DNA from: Octopus vulgaris
Taxonomy: Eukaryota
NCBI GenBank assembly: GCA_951406725.2
Contig: OX597816.1
Coordinates: forward strand, 175,584,001 to 175,648,000
Length of the DNA: 64,000 nucleotides
Direction: 5' to 3'
This document shows positions 11,439 to 24,108 of this stretch, one piece after another (within the stretch, counting starts at the first letter, position 1; the number at the start of each line of letters is the position of its first letter). Under the pieces are notes generated by a model. The model was not told where the DNA came from. It worked only from the letters and a program-made list of their open reading frames with translations, and did no database searches. Made by a program: the position numbers and the translations under genes.

Positions 11439-12965
11439 CATATATAGCAATTTTATTTGGTTGTTTGTTTGTATGTTTATGTCCATGTGTGTTTCTGTGT
11501 CTTTCAACTTATAGACAACACAGAGTTTAAAAGAAGGACTTTCACTTTGAATAATTTATGAAAGTATGTGCATGATTAATAAATATTTTTACTGGCAGCA
11601 TAAGAACAGGCAACAACCTAGTTACAATAATAATAATGATTACTAACATTAGCATAAGGCTACACACAGGTTTTGGGAGAGAGTATATATAATTAAATCA
11701 ACCCAAGGACTTAACTGTGCTTTACTGACTTTAGAAGGTTGAAAAGCAAAGTTGACCAGGATAGAATTTGAATTTGGAATGTAAAGGACCATTACTAAAT
11801 ATGGTACTACAGGAAAATATGAGTCCCATTAATTTACTTTCATTAACATTAGCAAAGATATAACTGCTCTTTAAACACTTTCATTCTTTCAATACTGACA
11901 TGTATACAGACAGTGGTGAATTGTTTGGTCAAACTGCTGGTGATGCATTTCACAACATTTTAAAACCTTTTTAAATTCCTAAATAGTATCCAACTCCATA
12001 ACTAATAGTTATTTAATTCATGATAGAAATATTTGCATTCATGGTTATGCTTTTAATATCCTTCCACAGTTAAGTTTGATGACAATTAAATGATAAGACC
12101 TGTGTTTGCCAGTAGTGCCCTAAATACTGAAGTATTTTGTAAGATGCTTTTAATATTGGTTTCTAACATTGATACAAAGTCAGAAATTTCAGGAGAGACA
12201 ATTCTAATAATAACAACAAAAACATTGCTAATGATGTCTATTGTAAAATCATTTCCAAATCAACTAATTATGAACAACACTGAGTCTAGTGACATGCCAC
12301 TGACAATAAACATATGAAATTGAAGGAATTCAGTAAAATGAAATAAGAAACACAAGACAAAAATGCAAATAAAATTTGAAACAAAAAAAAACAAAACAGA
12401 ATACTTAAAATTAGGTATATTTTTATCATTTTAGAAATTTTGTAAATGCATTCATTAAAATATAACATGCTGAATAAATACCTAAGATCAAGGCTGTAGT
12501 GGAAAAGAGAAGGAAAAGCAAAAAATAGAGAACATATTAACCACGTGTTCATTTCTGGTTCATGCAATTTAAGGGTAAGAAAACGAAAGGTAAACTGACA
12601 AGAATTTAGCTTTGAAAATGATTGGGGATAATAAAAGGTGACAAAAACACCACTCATTTGAAGGGAACATCTAAAAATTTTGTGTAACCCTTATGGAGTT
12701 TTTGGGACATCATACTATTGAATGAGTTTGAAAATCACAAGAATAAGATATGAGTCAAATGTAATTGCTCAGGCAGGAATTGAATTGTATCAACTTGTAT
12801 TACATTGAAGAATATACATTATCACTCACTCAACAGAACTATAGAGAATTATGACTTATCGATTAATGCTAAGGATAGTCTCCAGTATCGGTAGAACTAT
12901 TCCAGTATAGTGTTTGTTTATTGAGGCAATGCTTAACAGTTGGATGCTCTTTCTGACATTACACC

Positions 12966-13185
12966 TTAACCCTTTCGTTACAAAACCGGCTTTGGCTTTG
13001 TAGTACAAATGTCTTGTTTTCATAAGTTTTGAATAAAAATTTTCCACCAAACCTTAGTCACAATTTATGTTCCAAACACTAGCTTAATGATAATTATGTT
13101 ATTTTACTAAATTCTTTGTTATATTCAAAATTAAGTGAAATAAACACAGAACATCTCAAATTAAATACAGTAACGAAAGGGTTAA
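12966..13185. mobile_element. piggyBac-type MITE
   Basis: TTAA-CCCTTTCGTTAC...GTAACGAAAGGG-TTAA: 12-bp TIR and TTAA TSD. Confidence 0.92.
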
Positions 13186-13610
13186 CTGGCTTTCAAGTAA
13201 GGGATCTCTTCTTCCAATAGCTTTGAAGGCCATAATTAGGAAAGACTATCTGCCTTACTGATACATAAATTAACATCCCATAATCCATTGATTTACTGGG
13301 ATGGCATAGAAAAGGATGATGGATTACTTTTGGGTTCTCATGGAAGGATTTGAGATCAGTAACGAAACACTTGTCCATTATACAAAGTTTTATTGCTAAC
13401 TAAAAACAAGGTGAATTTATCTTCTTTTAGTCCTTGCAGTGTTAATAATGGAAATATACAACGGTACCTTTTACTGATAGCCTTAAAATTTTAATGCCAA
13501 AATATTGAGATTTTCTAAGTGAAAATTCAAAATAAAATTACAAAACCTTTTAAAAAAAGAGTTTAAAATTAGAAATGTTAAATAGTGAGTCATTAAAAAT
13601 ATGGTCTTAC

Positions 13611-13698
13611 CTAGCAAGAACTTGGTTATATTCTGTCTCTTGGTAAGGTGACATATATTCCAGAAGTTCCTCATGTGACATATTGGAAGCTTTTTGTT
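13611..13698 (-). CDS. Putative internal coding exon of an unidentified host gene (QKASNMSHEELLEYMSPYQETEYNQVLA)
   Basis: Minus strand: ttggtag| 88 nt open frame |gtaaga, phase 1 to 2, in non-repetitive sequence. Confidence 0.5.
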
Positions 13699-13932
13699 CT
13701 ACCAAATTAGAATTTTTTAAAAGACATTATAACAATTGCAACAAGAGTAATGTGTGTGTATATATATATATATATATAGTTCAGGTAACATTCTGTTTAA
13801 TAGCATAATGTAATAGGTATATACAATAAGTGATCAAGCTGACTTACCACCTAAAACTCTAGATTAAACTGTAACTAAAACAAGAAGCAGTGATTTTATA
13901 GCTGCTTGGAGGGAAGGTGGGGGGTGGGTGGG

Positions 13933-14362
13933 TATGTATGTATGTGTGTATGTGTGTGTGTATGTATGTATGTATGTATGTATGTATGTATGTATGTATG
14001 TATGTATGTATGTATGTATGTGTGTGTATGTGTATGTATGTATGTATGTGTGTATGTATGTATGTATATATGTGTGTATGTATGTATGTATGTATGTATG
14101 TATGTGTGTATGTATGTATGTATGTATGTGTGTATGTGTGTATGTATGTATGTATGTATGTATGTGTGTATGTATGTATGTATGTATGTATGTATGTGTG
14201 TATGTGTGTATGTATGTATGTATGTATGTGTGTATGTATGTATGTATGTGTGTATATATGTATGTATGTATGTATGTATGTGTGTATGTATGTATGTATG
14301 TGTGTATGTGTGTGTGTATGTATGTATGTATATATGTATGTATGTATGTGTATGTATGTATG

Positions 14363-14395
<33 letters not shown>

Positions 14396-14438
14396 GTGTA
14401 TGTATGTATGTATGTATGTGTGTGTGTATGTATGTATG

Positions 14439-14472
<34 letters not shown>

Positions 14473-14536
14473 TGTAGGTATGTATGTATGTATGTATGTA
14501 TGTATGTATGTATGTGTGTATGTAAGTATGTATGTA

Positions 14537-14570
<34 letters not shown>

Positions 14571-14728
14571 GGTATGTATGTATGTATGTATGTATGTATG
14601 TATGTATGTATGTATGTATGTATGTATGTATGTATGTATGTATGTATGTGTGTGTGTATGTATGTATGTATGTATGTATGTATGTGTGTATGTAAGTATG
14701 TATGTATGTGTGTGTGTATGTATGTATG

Positions 14729-14762
<34 letters not shown>

Positions 14763-14860
14763 GGTATGTATGTATGTATGTGTGTGTGTATGTATGTATG
14801 TATGTATGTATGTATGTGTGTATGTAAGTATGTATGTATGTGTGTGTGTATGTATGTATG

Positions 14861-14892
<32 letters not shown>

Positions 14893-14942
14893 TGTGTGTA
14901 TGTATGTATGTATGTATGTATGTGTGTGTGTATGTATGTATG

Positions 14943-14976
<34 letters not shown>

Positions 14977-15070
14977 TGTATGTATGTAGGTATGTATGTA
15001 TGTATGTGTGTGTGTATGTATGTATGTATGTATGTAAGTATGTATGTATGTGTGTGTGTATGTATGTATG

Positions 15071-15104
<34 letters not shown>

Positions 15105-15346
15105 TGTATGTGTGTGTGTATGTATGTATGTATGTATGTATGTATGTATGTGTGTATGTATGTATGTATGTATGTATGTGTGTATGTATGTATGTATGTA
15201 TGTGTGTATGTGTGTATGTATGTATGTATGTATGTATGTATGTATGTGTGTATGTATGTATGTATGTGTGTATATATGTATGTATGTATGTATGTATGTG
15301 TGTATGTATGTATGTATGTGTGTATGTGTGTGTGTATGTATGTATG

Positions 15347-15379
<33 letters not shown>

Positions 15380-15398
15380 GTGTGTGTATGTATGTATG

Positions 15399-15431
<33 letters not shown>

Positions 15432-15590
15432 GTGTATGTATGTATGTATGTATGTATGTATGTATGTATGTATGTATGTGTGTATGTATGTATGTATGTA
15501 TGTGTGTGTGTGTGTATGTGTGTATGTATGTATGTATGTATGTAGGTATGTATGTATGTATGTATGTATGTGTGTGTGTATGTATGTATG

Positions 15591-15624
<34 letters not shown>

Positions 15625-15640
15625 TGTATGTATGTATGTA

Positions 15641-15671
<31 letters not shown>

Positions 15672-15786
15672 ATGTGTGTATGTATGTATGTATGTATGTA
15701 TGTATGTGTGTATGTATGTATGTATGTGTGTATGTGTGTATGTATGTATGTATGTATGTATGTATGTATGTGTGTATGTATGTGTG

Positions 15787-15819
<33 letters not shown>

Positions 15820-15914
15820 GTGTGTGTATGTATGTATGTGTGTATGTGTGTGTGTATGTATGTATGTATATATGTATGTATGTATGTATGTATGTGTGTG
15901 TGTATGTATGTATG

Positions 15915-15947
<33 letters not shown>

Positions 15948-16214
15948 GTGTATGTATGTATGTATGTATGTATGTATGTGTGTATGTATGTATGTACGTA
16001 TGTATGTATGTATGTATGTGTGTATGTAAGTATGTATGTATGTATGTATGTGTGTATGTGTGTATGTATGTATGTATGTATGTATGTATGTGTGTATGTA
16101 TGTATGTATGTGTGTATATATGTATGTATGTATGTATGTATGTGTGTATGTATGTATGTATGTGTGTATGTGTGTGTGTATGTATGTATGTATATATGTG
16201 TGTATGTATGTATG

Positions 16215-16248
<34 letters not shown>

Positions 16249-16448
16249 TGTATGTGTGTATGTATGTATGTATGTATGTATGTATGTATGTATGTATGTA
16301 TGTATGTGTGTATGTGTGTGTGTGTATGTATGTATGTATGTATGTATGTGTGTATGTATGTATGTATGTATGTATGTATGTGTGTATGTATGTATGTATG
16401 TATGTATGTGTGTATGTGTGTATGTATGTATGTGTGTATGTATGTGTG

Positions 16449-16481
<33 letters not shown>

Positions 16482-16600
16482 GTGTGTGTATGTATGTATG
16501 TGTGTATGTGTGTGTATGTATGTATGTATATATGTATGTATGTATGTATGTATGTGTGTGTGTATGTATGTATGTATATATGTATGTATGTATGTATGTA

Positions 16601-16631
<31 letters not shown>

Positions 16632-17762
16632 ATGTGTGTATGTATGTATGTACGTATGTATGTATGTATGTATGTGTGTATGTAAGTATGTATGTATGTA
16701 TGTGTGTATGTGTGTATGTATGTATGTATGTATGTATGTATGTATGTATGTGTGTGTGTATGTATGTATGTATGTATGTATGTATGTGTGTATGTGTGTA
16801 TGTATGTGTGTATGTGTGTATGTATGTGTGTATGTATGTGTGTATGTATGTATGTATGTGTGTATGTATGTATGTATGTGTGTATGTATGTATGTATGTA
16901 TGTGTGTATGTATGTATGTATGTATGTGTGTATGTATGTATGTATGTGTGTATGTATGTATGTATGTATGTGTGTATGTATGTGTGTATGTATGTATGTA
17001 TGTATGTATGTATGTATGTGTGTATGTATGTATGTATGTATGTATGTATGTATGTATGTATGTATGTGTGTATGTATGTATGTATGTATGTATGTATGTA
17101 TTTATGTATGTATGTATGTATGTATGTATGTATGTGTATGTATGTATGTATGTATGTATGTATGTATGTATGTATGTGTGTATGTATGTATGTATGTATT
17201 TATGTATGTATGTATGTATGTATGTATGTATGTATGTATGTATGTATGTATGTATGTGTGTATGTATTTATGTATGTATGTATGTATGTATGTATGTGTG
17301 TGTGTATGTATGTATGTATGTATGTATGTATGTATGTATGTGTGTATGTATTTATGTATGTATGTATTTATGTATGTATGTACGTATGTATGTATGTATG
17401 TGTGTATGTATGTGTGTATGTATGTATGTATGTATGTATGTATGCATGTACGTATGTATGTATGTATGTATGTATGTATGCATGTACGTATGTGTGTATG
17501 TATGTATGTATGTGTGTATGTATGTATGTATGTAAGTATGTATGTGTGTATGTATGTATGTATGTATGTATGTATGTATGTGTGTATGTATGTATGTATG
17601 TATGTATGTGTGTATGTATGTATGTATGTATGTATGTATGTATGTGTGTATGTATGTGTGTATGTGGGTATGTATGTGTGTATGTATGTATGTATGTGTG
17701 TATGTATGTGTGTATGTATGTGTGTATGTATGTATGTATGTATGTATGTATGTATGTATGTA
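13933..17762. repeat. ~3.8-kb (TATG)n/(TG)n compound microsatellite
   Basis: Seen directly; source of all the MYVC-repeat ORFs. Confidence 0.99.
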
Positions 17763-18169
17763 TTTGTCTAACTCATGCTAGCATGGAAAACAGACATTAA
17801 ATGATGATGATGAAAATGACATATATATCATCATCATCATTCTCATCATCAATTTAACGACCACTTTCCCATGCTCACATGGGTTGGATGGAATTTGTTG
17901 AGGTGAATTTTTCTACAGCCAGATGCCCTTCCTGTTGTCAACCCTCACCTGCTTCCCAAAAAAGGTAATATTTCTCCATAACTAGACAAGTTTTCAAGGA
18001 AGATTGACAATGAAGGACACTGCTTCAACTATTATTACTTAATATTCTAAAGCAACACATACTAAAATCAATCTCAACACATAATAACAACAATAAATAA
18101 TATATTTAACCATAATATCATTACAAGCAATAATATAAATAAACATCATTAAATATAAATAATATTAAA

Positions 18170-18932
18170 GTGCTACACCCTGGCAGTTGAGGGAACCTGT
18201 GGAAGAGGCAGACCCAGGAAAACCTGGAATGAGGTGGTGATGCACGACCTTTGAACTTTAGGTCTCACCGAGGAAATGACTAGAGACCGAGACCTTTGGA
18301 AGTATGCTGTGCATGAGAAGACTCAGCAGAACAAGTGAGTCCATAACCCATGGCCTCAGTCCACTTATGCATACCTTTCCTTCTTGGGACACAAAACTCT
18401 ACTTGTGAAGACCTGTTGAGGCAAGTGAAAATCAAAAAAAATCAAAAAAATCAAAAATCAAAATCGATCAACATCAATGGAAATTGTAGCTGTGATACCA
18501 GTGCCGGTGGCACATAAGAGAACCATCCGAACGTGGCCGTTGCCAGCGCCGCCCCGACTGGCTTCCATGCCGGTGGCACATATAAAGCACCACCCGATCG
18601 TGGCCGTTTGCCAGCCTCGCCTTGCTCTCCGTGCCGGTGGCACATAAAAAGCACCATCCGATTGTGGCCGTTTGCCAGCCTCGCCTTGCTCTCCGTGCCG
18701 GTGGCACGTATAAAGTACCATCCGACCGTGGCCGTTTGCCAGCCTCGCCTGGCACGTAAAAAGCACCCACTACACTCATGGAGTGGTTGGCATTAGGAAG
18801 GGTATCCAGCCGTAGAAACATTGCCAGATCAGACTGGGCCTGGTGCAGCCTTCTGGCTTCCCAGACCCCAGTTGCACTGTCCAACCCATGCCAGCATGGA
18901 AAGCGGACGCTAAATGATAATGATGATGATGA
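18170..18932 (+). mobile_element. RTE-LINE 3' end or derived element with internal ~60-bp tandem units and (GAT)n tail
   Basis: RTE-like C-terminus (GRGRPRKTWNEVV..DL..LGL..EMTRDRDLWK), repeated GTGGCAC.TAAAAGCACC units, tail AACCCATGCCAGCATGGAAAGCGGACG..(GAT)n. Confidence 0.85.
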
Positions 18933-19149
18933 TTAATAACAATAAATACAATTAAATAACATAAATTTCACTAATCATTATTAATCATTCATCAATAAGA
19001 TTAAATAACTTATTTATACTCAAATACATATAAATACTATTAAGTTCCTATTATAATTTGTGATATTTAAATAAAACTTATATATTATATAAATACCAAA
19101 AAATTCTTTTACAATTATCATGTGAAGTTAAAGCAAGGAAACAGTAACA

Positions 19150-19345
19150 CACACACACACACATGCACACATGCACGCACACACACACACACACACACAT
19201 ATACAGAGTTTCTTTCAGTTTCCATCTACCAAATCTGCTCACAAGCCTTTGGCTGTCCTAATAATAGCCACATGCCCAAGGTACCATGCAGTGGGACTGA
19301 ACCCAAAATTATGTGCATGGGATGTAAACTTCTTACCACACATCC
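19150..19345 (-). mobile_element. SINE family A copy (degenerate)
   Basis: CAGTTTCCATCTACCAAATC...GCAGTGGGACTGAACC. Confidence 0.75.
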
Positions 19346-19524
19346 ACAGTTTCACCTATCTACCTGTGTGTGTGTGTGTGTGTGATGCATGCATTTGCTA
19401 TGAAATGCCATCAGATATAGTAAGGTTTAGTCATTCCAAAAGTGATGGTCTAGAAGTGTGTTATATATGAGTTCTGAACATATCGTGATGTGAGCTTATT
19501 ATTTTCTGATGTTTACTGTCATGT

Positions 19525-19840
19525 ATCATCATCATCATCATCGTTTAGCGTCCGTTTTCCATGCTGGCATGGGTTGGACGGTTCAACTGGGGTCTGGGAA
19601 GCCAGAAGGCTGCATCAGGCCCAGTCTGATCTGGCAGTGTTTCTACAGCTGGATGCCCTTCCTAACGCCAACCACTCCGTGAGTGTAGTAGGTGCTTTTT
19701 ATGTGCCACCTGCACAGGTGCCAGGCGGGGCTGGCAAATGGCCACGGTCGGATGGTGCTTTTTACGTGCCACCTGCACAGGTGCCAGATGAGGCTGGCAA
19801 ACGGCCACGATCGGACGGTGCTTTTTACGTGCTACCTGCA
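19525..19840 (-). mobile_element. RTE 3'-UTR element copy
   Basis: (CAT)n-CGTTTAGCGTCCG..CCATGCTGGCATGGGTT, with three GGTGCTTTT.A.GTGC units. Confidence 0.88.
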
Positions 19841-20460
19841 CATATCTTGTATCTTGTATATAAATGTAAAAACATTTCTGAGTGGATGGATCTGTATTAC
19901 TTGAGTATGTGTTGGTAGAGCATGGGTAAGGTGCCTATACAGCAGCTCTTCTCTTTCCATACCAGAGATGTCATCCAAGGAAAGGGCAAGGACTGCTACA
20001 GTATGGTACAAGTGTCACCACGGGAATTGCTGTAATGAAGTTGAAGACGATGTTGGGTTGCCTTATGGACACCAGTTCTTGCTCTGTAGCCAAATCCAGT
20101 CTTTGATTGGTGCTGCCATCCTTTTCATCCAACTCAAAAGAATAAAAAGCAAAGCTGCAGAAGAAATAACCTGAACAGATGAACGAAAGTTTGTTCAAAG
20201 CTCTAACAATTCTCTCATCGACTGCTCTATTTTTGTGCATATGTGCATACACGTCCATGCTCTCCAGATTTTAGATCATAACAGGAGGTTGTGATATTTC
20301 TGCCTTTTCCACAGGAATCAATAATAAAAATGCGACAGCCTCAACTGAGAATTTGAAACTAGATTAGAAAATGGATTCGCAAGTAACTCATCAGAGCATC
20401 AAAGCATCAAAGCTACACACACACACACACACACACACAATTGACAGATGAAACGATTAC

Positions 20461-20517
20461 CTTCATATTGTTTCATACGAGCTACTTCATGTTCTGATAG
20501 GTAACTGAACTGCTTTG
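20461..20517 (-). CDS. Putative 57-nt symmetric coding exon (KQFSYLSEHEVARMKQYE)
   Basis: Minus strand: tttttttcag| 57 nt |gtaatc. Only the phase-1 frame is open, and it joins in frame to the 13611-13698 exon. Confidence 0.5.
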
Positions 20518-21059
20518 CTGAAAAAAATATAAATAAATGTATAAACACTAATGACTAAATGTATTTTCATAACTTGCCAATTTAACATTGAAGCGATCAA
20601 TGCGGAAACAAACTTACGCAGATTGTAAACAAACACAAAATGGGGGATCAAATTTCGGAAAATTTGTGAAGCAAATTACTGGGTACTGCGTGGATTTAGT
20701 TTTTATACAGAGAAAATAATGTTAGTCAGCATGGCCTAGGGAACGATGTGGTCTGGAATTTATCACTTCCATACCATAACCAGGGCCGTATATTATTTTT
20801 TGACCGATTTCTTTAGTTCGGTCAAACTTGCGGTGGATTCCTTTTTGACCAATTTCTTTAGTTCGGTCAAACTTGCGGTGGATTCCAGTATTTCAGTTTA
20901 TTCCACCTTTATGGTACACCTGTTGTGCATTAAATTCAACTGAGGATCTAGTGATATGCACAATTCTTCTTTATCAAAATTTTGTTGCATACCCATTTGA
21001 ATATTAGCTGATGATTCATTTTCTATGGTGATGTTTAAACAAAATTTTAATTTTTTACC

Positions 21060-21297
21060 TTTTGCTCAATTTACCTGGATTTACCTGTAATTAAAGTCAC
21101 TTTGAGACAAAAGTTATGCAATAGAATTGATTAAGAACCCTTTCTTTAATTATGTTCCAAATATCACATTAATATGTTGATAAGTAAAAAAGTTACAGTT
21201 ATTTAATGAAACAAGCCTAACTTCATGATTATTTTAGAATTTAATTGAAACTCATGAGGGGTGTATTTTGGTCAGAAATATAGTAACGAAAGGGTTA
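21060..21297. mobile_element. piggyBac-type MITE, partial (right TIR only)
   Basis: Ends GTAACGAAAGGGTTA like 12966-13185; left TIR not found. Confidence 0.6.
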
Positions 21298-21579
21298 CAT
21301 GCTTTTTGAACCTCAACATTCCAAATTTTCACAGTAAGATACACACATGTTTATAGATTACTTCATATGCCATGTGGAGTAATTAATGTGAAATTAATGT
21401 TCATTTGTTTATTGTTAAAGTAATGAGCATTCTGTAAGTAAACAGACGAAGAAAATATATGATTCAGCTCCACTGCATACAAGGAAAATATAGTAATAAT
21501 AAAATCTCAAAATCCAGTTGGTAAATACAAGCTTTCTTTAACTTCAATTTTACTCCAAATCAATCTTCATATTGATTTC

Positions 21580-22270
21580 AAAATTTGGCACAAGACCAGC
21601 AATTCCAAGGAAGGGTACAAGTCAATTACATTGACCCCATTACTTACTGATACTTATTTTAACAACCCAAAAGGTCTCTTTAAAATAATTATCCAAAGAC
21701 AAATTTATTATCATTGGCAGCAGAGCAACAGAGTTGTTAGAATGTTGGACAAAATACCTTGCAGTATTTCTTCAAACTTTTATGAGTTCAAATCCTGCTG
21801 AGGCCAATTTTGCTTTTCATCTTTTTGGGGTTGATAAAATAAAGTACCAGTTAAGTACCTGGACTGATATATAAACTAATCCTTCCTCCTCTCAAATCTC
21901 GGGTCTTAGAAAATTTCATAATTAAAGCATTATCGATAGTACTGGTAACGGTCATTAAATTGTCAGATAAAATGCTTTGAAGTATTTGTTATCCCTCTTT
22001 ACATTCTGAGTTTAAGCCTTTTTGTCTTTCTTTCTTTTGGGGTTGATACCAATCAAGTATTGGCATCAATGGTATCAACTAACCCCCATTCCCACATTTT
22101 AGGCACTGAACAAAATGCTTAGTGGAATTTCTTTTGGATTTACATGCTGAGTTCAAATTCCACTGAGGTCAACTTTGCCTTTCCTCTTTTTGGGGTTGAT
22201 AACATGAGTACCAGCTGAACACTGGGGTTGATGTAATCAACTATCCCCATCCCCACAAATTTCAGGGATT
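21580..22270. repeat. Cluster of degenerate SINE family C fragments
   Basis: Repeated GAGTTCAAAT.C..CTGAGG.CAA.TTTGC.TTTC..CTTTT.GGGGTTGATAA. Confidence 0.75.
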
Positions 22271-22349
22271 TTTATTATTATTATTATTTGGATAATTTCT
22301 CCATCTCTTTTAGAGATTTATTATCATCTGCTGGGACTGAGGGAGGAAT

Positions 22350-22600
22350 TTTTTCCTGGTTGTACATGAGAATATCTGACCAGTGAGCCTTGAGCTCCCG
22401 GTCAGTGTGCAATGGCATATCCCAGAGCATGGTTGCTTTGCCATTCTCAGAGACCTTTTTGGTATATATCTACGCAATCTCTTTTCTGTTGGTATTTCAT
22501 AATACTAGCATTACTTCCAGTGTATGTAAGACCTAGTTCAGTCATGACTTCATGTTTTTTTTTTCTTGGCTAACACAGGGTAGCTAGAGAAAATGCAGAT
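22350..22600 (-). mobile_element. R4/Dong-clade LINE fragment (zinc knuckle to endonuclease)
   Basis: Minus strand, with frameshifts: PVLAKK..HD..SYIHWK..YEIPTEKR..SENGKATMLWDMPLHTDRELKAH.SDI, matching ILWDMPIHTDREIKANRPDI of R4 elements. Confidence 0.8.
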
Positions 22601-23040
22601 AACCACCACCACCACCACCACCACCACCACCACTATTATTATTGTTGTTGTTGTTGTTGCAGCTGCTACTGGCATTCTAGTAAGCCATGCTTAACTTTGG
22701 TTCCAGAAAATTTGTCAACAAATTCATGTTTTTATCCTGAAATTCACTGTTTCCATTTCATTTTTGTATAAACATAGAAAAGAAGTGAGCTACTAATTGC
22801 TTATGAGCTTCTTTTTTGTATAAAGACCTCCATTTCTTGAGGGACTTTCTGATTTAAGTTTTGCATCATATAATAGGAAAGTTTATCTTCCTTTCATTTT
22901 TCATCATGGATTCAATAATAATCATTAAAGGAAGAAAGTACATCAATGTGAGAAGGGCAGAGATGGAAGAGAGTAACATTAATGTTGTTGTTGTTATGAT
23001 GATGATGATGGAGGAGGGAGAGGGGCTGGGGAGGGGAGAA

Positions 23041-23131
23041 GAGGAAGAAGAAGAAGAAGAAGAAGAAGAAGAAGAAGAAGAAGAAGAAGAAGAAGAAGAA
23101 GAAGAAGAGGAGGAAGAAGAAGAAGAAGAAG
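23041..23131. repeat. (GAA)n trinucleotide repeat
   Basis: About 30 GAA/GAG units; source of the poly-E and poly-S ORFs. Confidence 0.97.
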
Positions 23132-23534
23132 AGACACTAGCCGGCCTTGCTGCTGAAACAAAGCAAATCTGTGTCATCTCATCCCAAAGTAGACAGCAGG
23201 ATCAACAACAGCAACATGGAAAATAGAAAAAAATGACTGCAGCAGCAACAGTAACAACATCAATGAATTTCCACCTTTGCCGCCAATCAACTGCACCAAC
23301 AACATAGACATCATCTTCACAACTTTTTAGGGTTGCAACTTTATCCACAGCCACAGATGTTGCTACAACACCATCTCCTCCAACAACAACGACATCAACA
23401 ACAAAAGTCACTCATTTGTAGGAGTAACAAGGTTTCTGGAGAAAGTCTCCTTGATTGAAGCAGAAGAAAGAGAAGAAGCTGACATTGCCATTCCTTCAGA
23501 ATTGATGGAAACAACTGCCAAAAGAACTATTTTA

Positions 23535-24108
23535 TGCCGAGACCTATGGAAGTATGCTGTGCGTCAGAAGACCCGGCAAGACCAGTGAGAACAATCAAAA
23601 TCAAATCATATATCAGAAAGCAGGGGTTAAGTGACCCATCCATTCGTGTCCGCTGCCAGCTCTGTCTGGCCCCCGTGTCGGTGGCACGTAAAAGCACCAT
23701 CCGTTCGTGTTCGTTGCCAGCCTCGCCTGGCCCCGTGCCGGTGACACGTAAAAGCACCATCTGTTCGTGGCCGTTTGCCAGCTCTGTCTGGCCCCGTGTC
23801 GGTGGCACGTAAAAGCACCATCCGTTCGTGTTCGTTGCCAGCCTCGGCTGGCCCCCGTGCCGGTGACACGTAAAAGCACCGTCCGTTCGTGGCCGTTCGC
23901 CAGCTCTGTCTGGCACCTGTGCAGGTGGCACGTAAAAAACACCCACTACACTCGCGGAGTGGTTGGCATTAGGATGGGCATCCAGCCATAGAAACACTGC
24001 CAGATCTGACTGGGCCTGACGAAGCCTTCCAGCTTCACAGACCCCAGTTGACCCGTCCAACCCATGCTAGCATGGAAAGCGGACGCTAAATGATGATGAT
24101 GATGATGA
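23535..24108 (+). mobile_element. RTE 3'-UTR element copy with five ~60-bp units
   Basis: Same head remnant (GAGACCT.TGGAAGTATGCTGTGC) and (GAT)n tail as 18170-18932. Confidence 0.9.

Noticed and set aside
13906-17800. Long ORFs (up to 918 aa) of M/Y/V/C repeats
   Set aside because: Translation of the (TATG)n satellite, open in all three frames because the repeat lacks stop codons.
18600-18760. Resemblance of GGCCG..CCAGCCTCGCCTGGC to the HDV ribozyme
   Set aside because: No complementary P1 3' strand or P2/C75 arrangement could be built.
19963-20171. Minus-strand AG..GT segment (ORF 19971-20258)
   Set aside because: Every frame has a stop before the donor; at most a non-coding, poison or terminal exon.
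22515-22584. Apparent minus-strand host exon with AG/GT ends
   Set aside because: All frames have stops, and the sequence is part of the R4/Dong fragment.
22861-23226. Poly-Glu / poly-Ser ORF
   Set aside because: (GAA)n microsatellite with no splice or domain support.
23640-23940. CRISPR-like repeat/spacer look of the 60-bp array (also the 70-bp array at 30246)
   Set aside because: The apparent spacers are themselves repeated, the context is eukaryotic TE sequence, and there are no cas genes.
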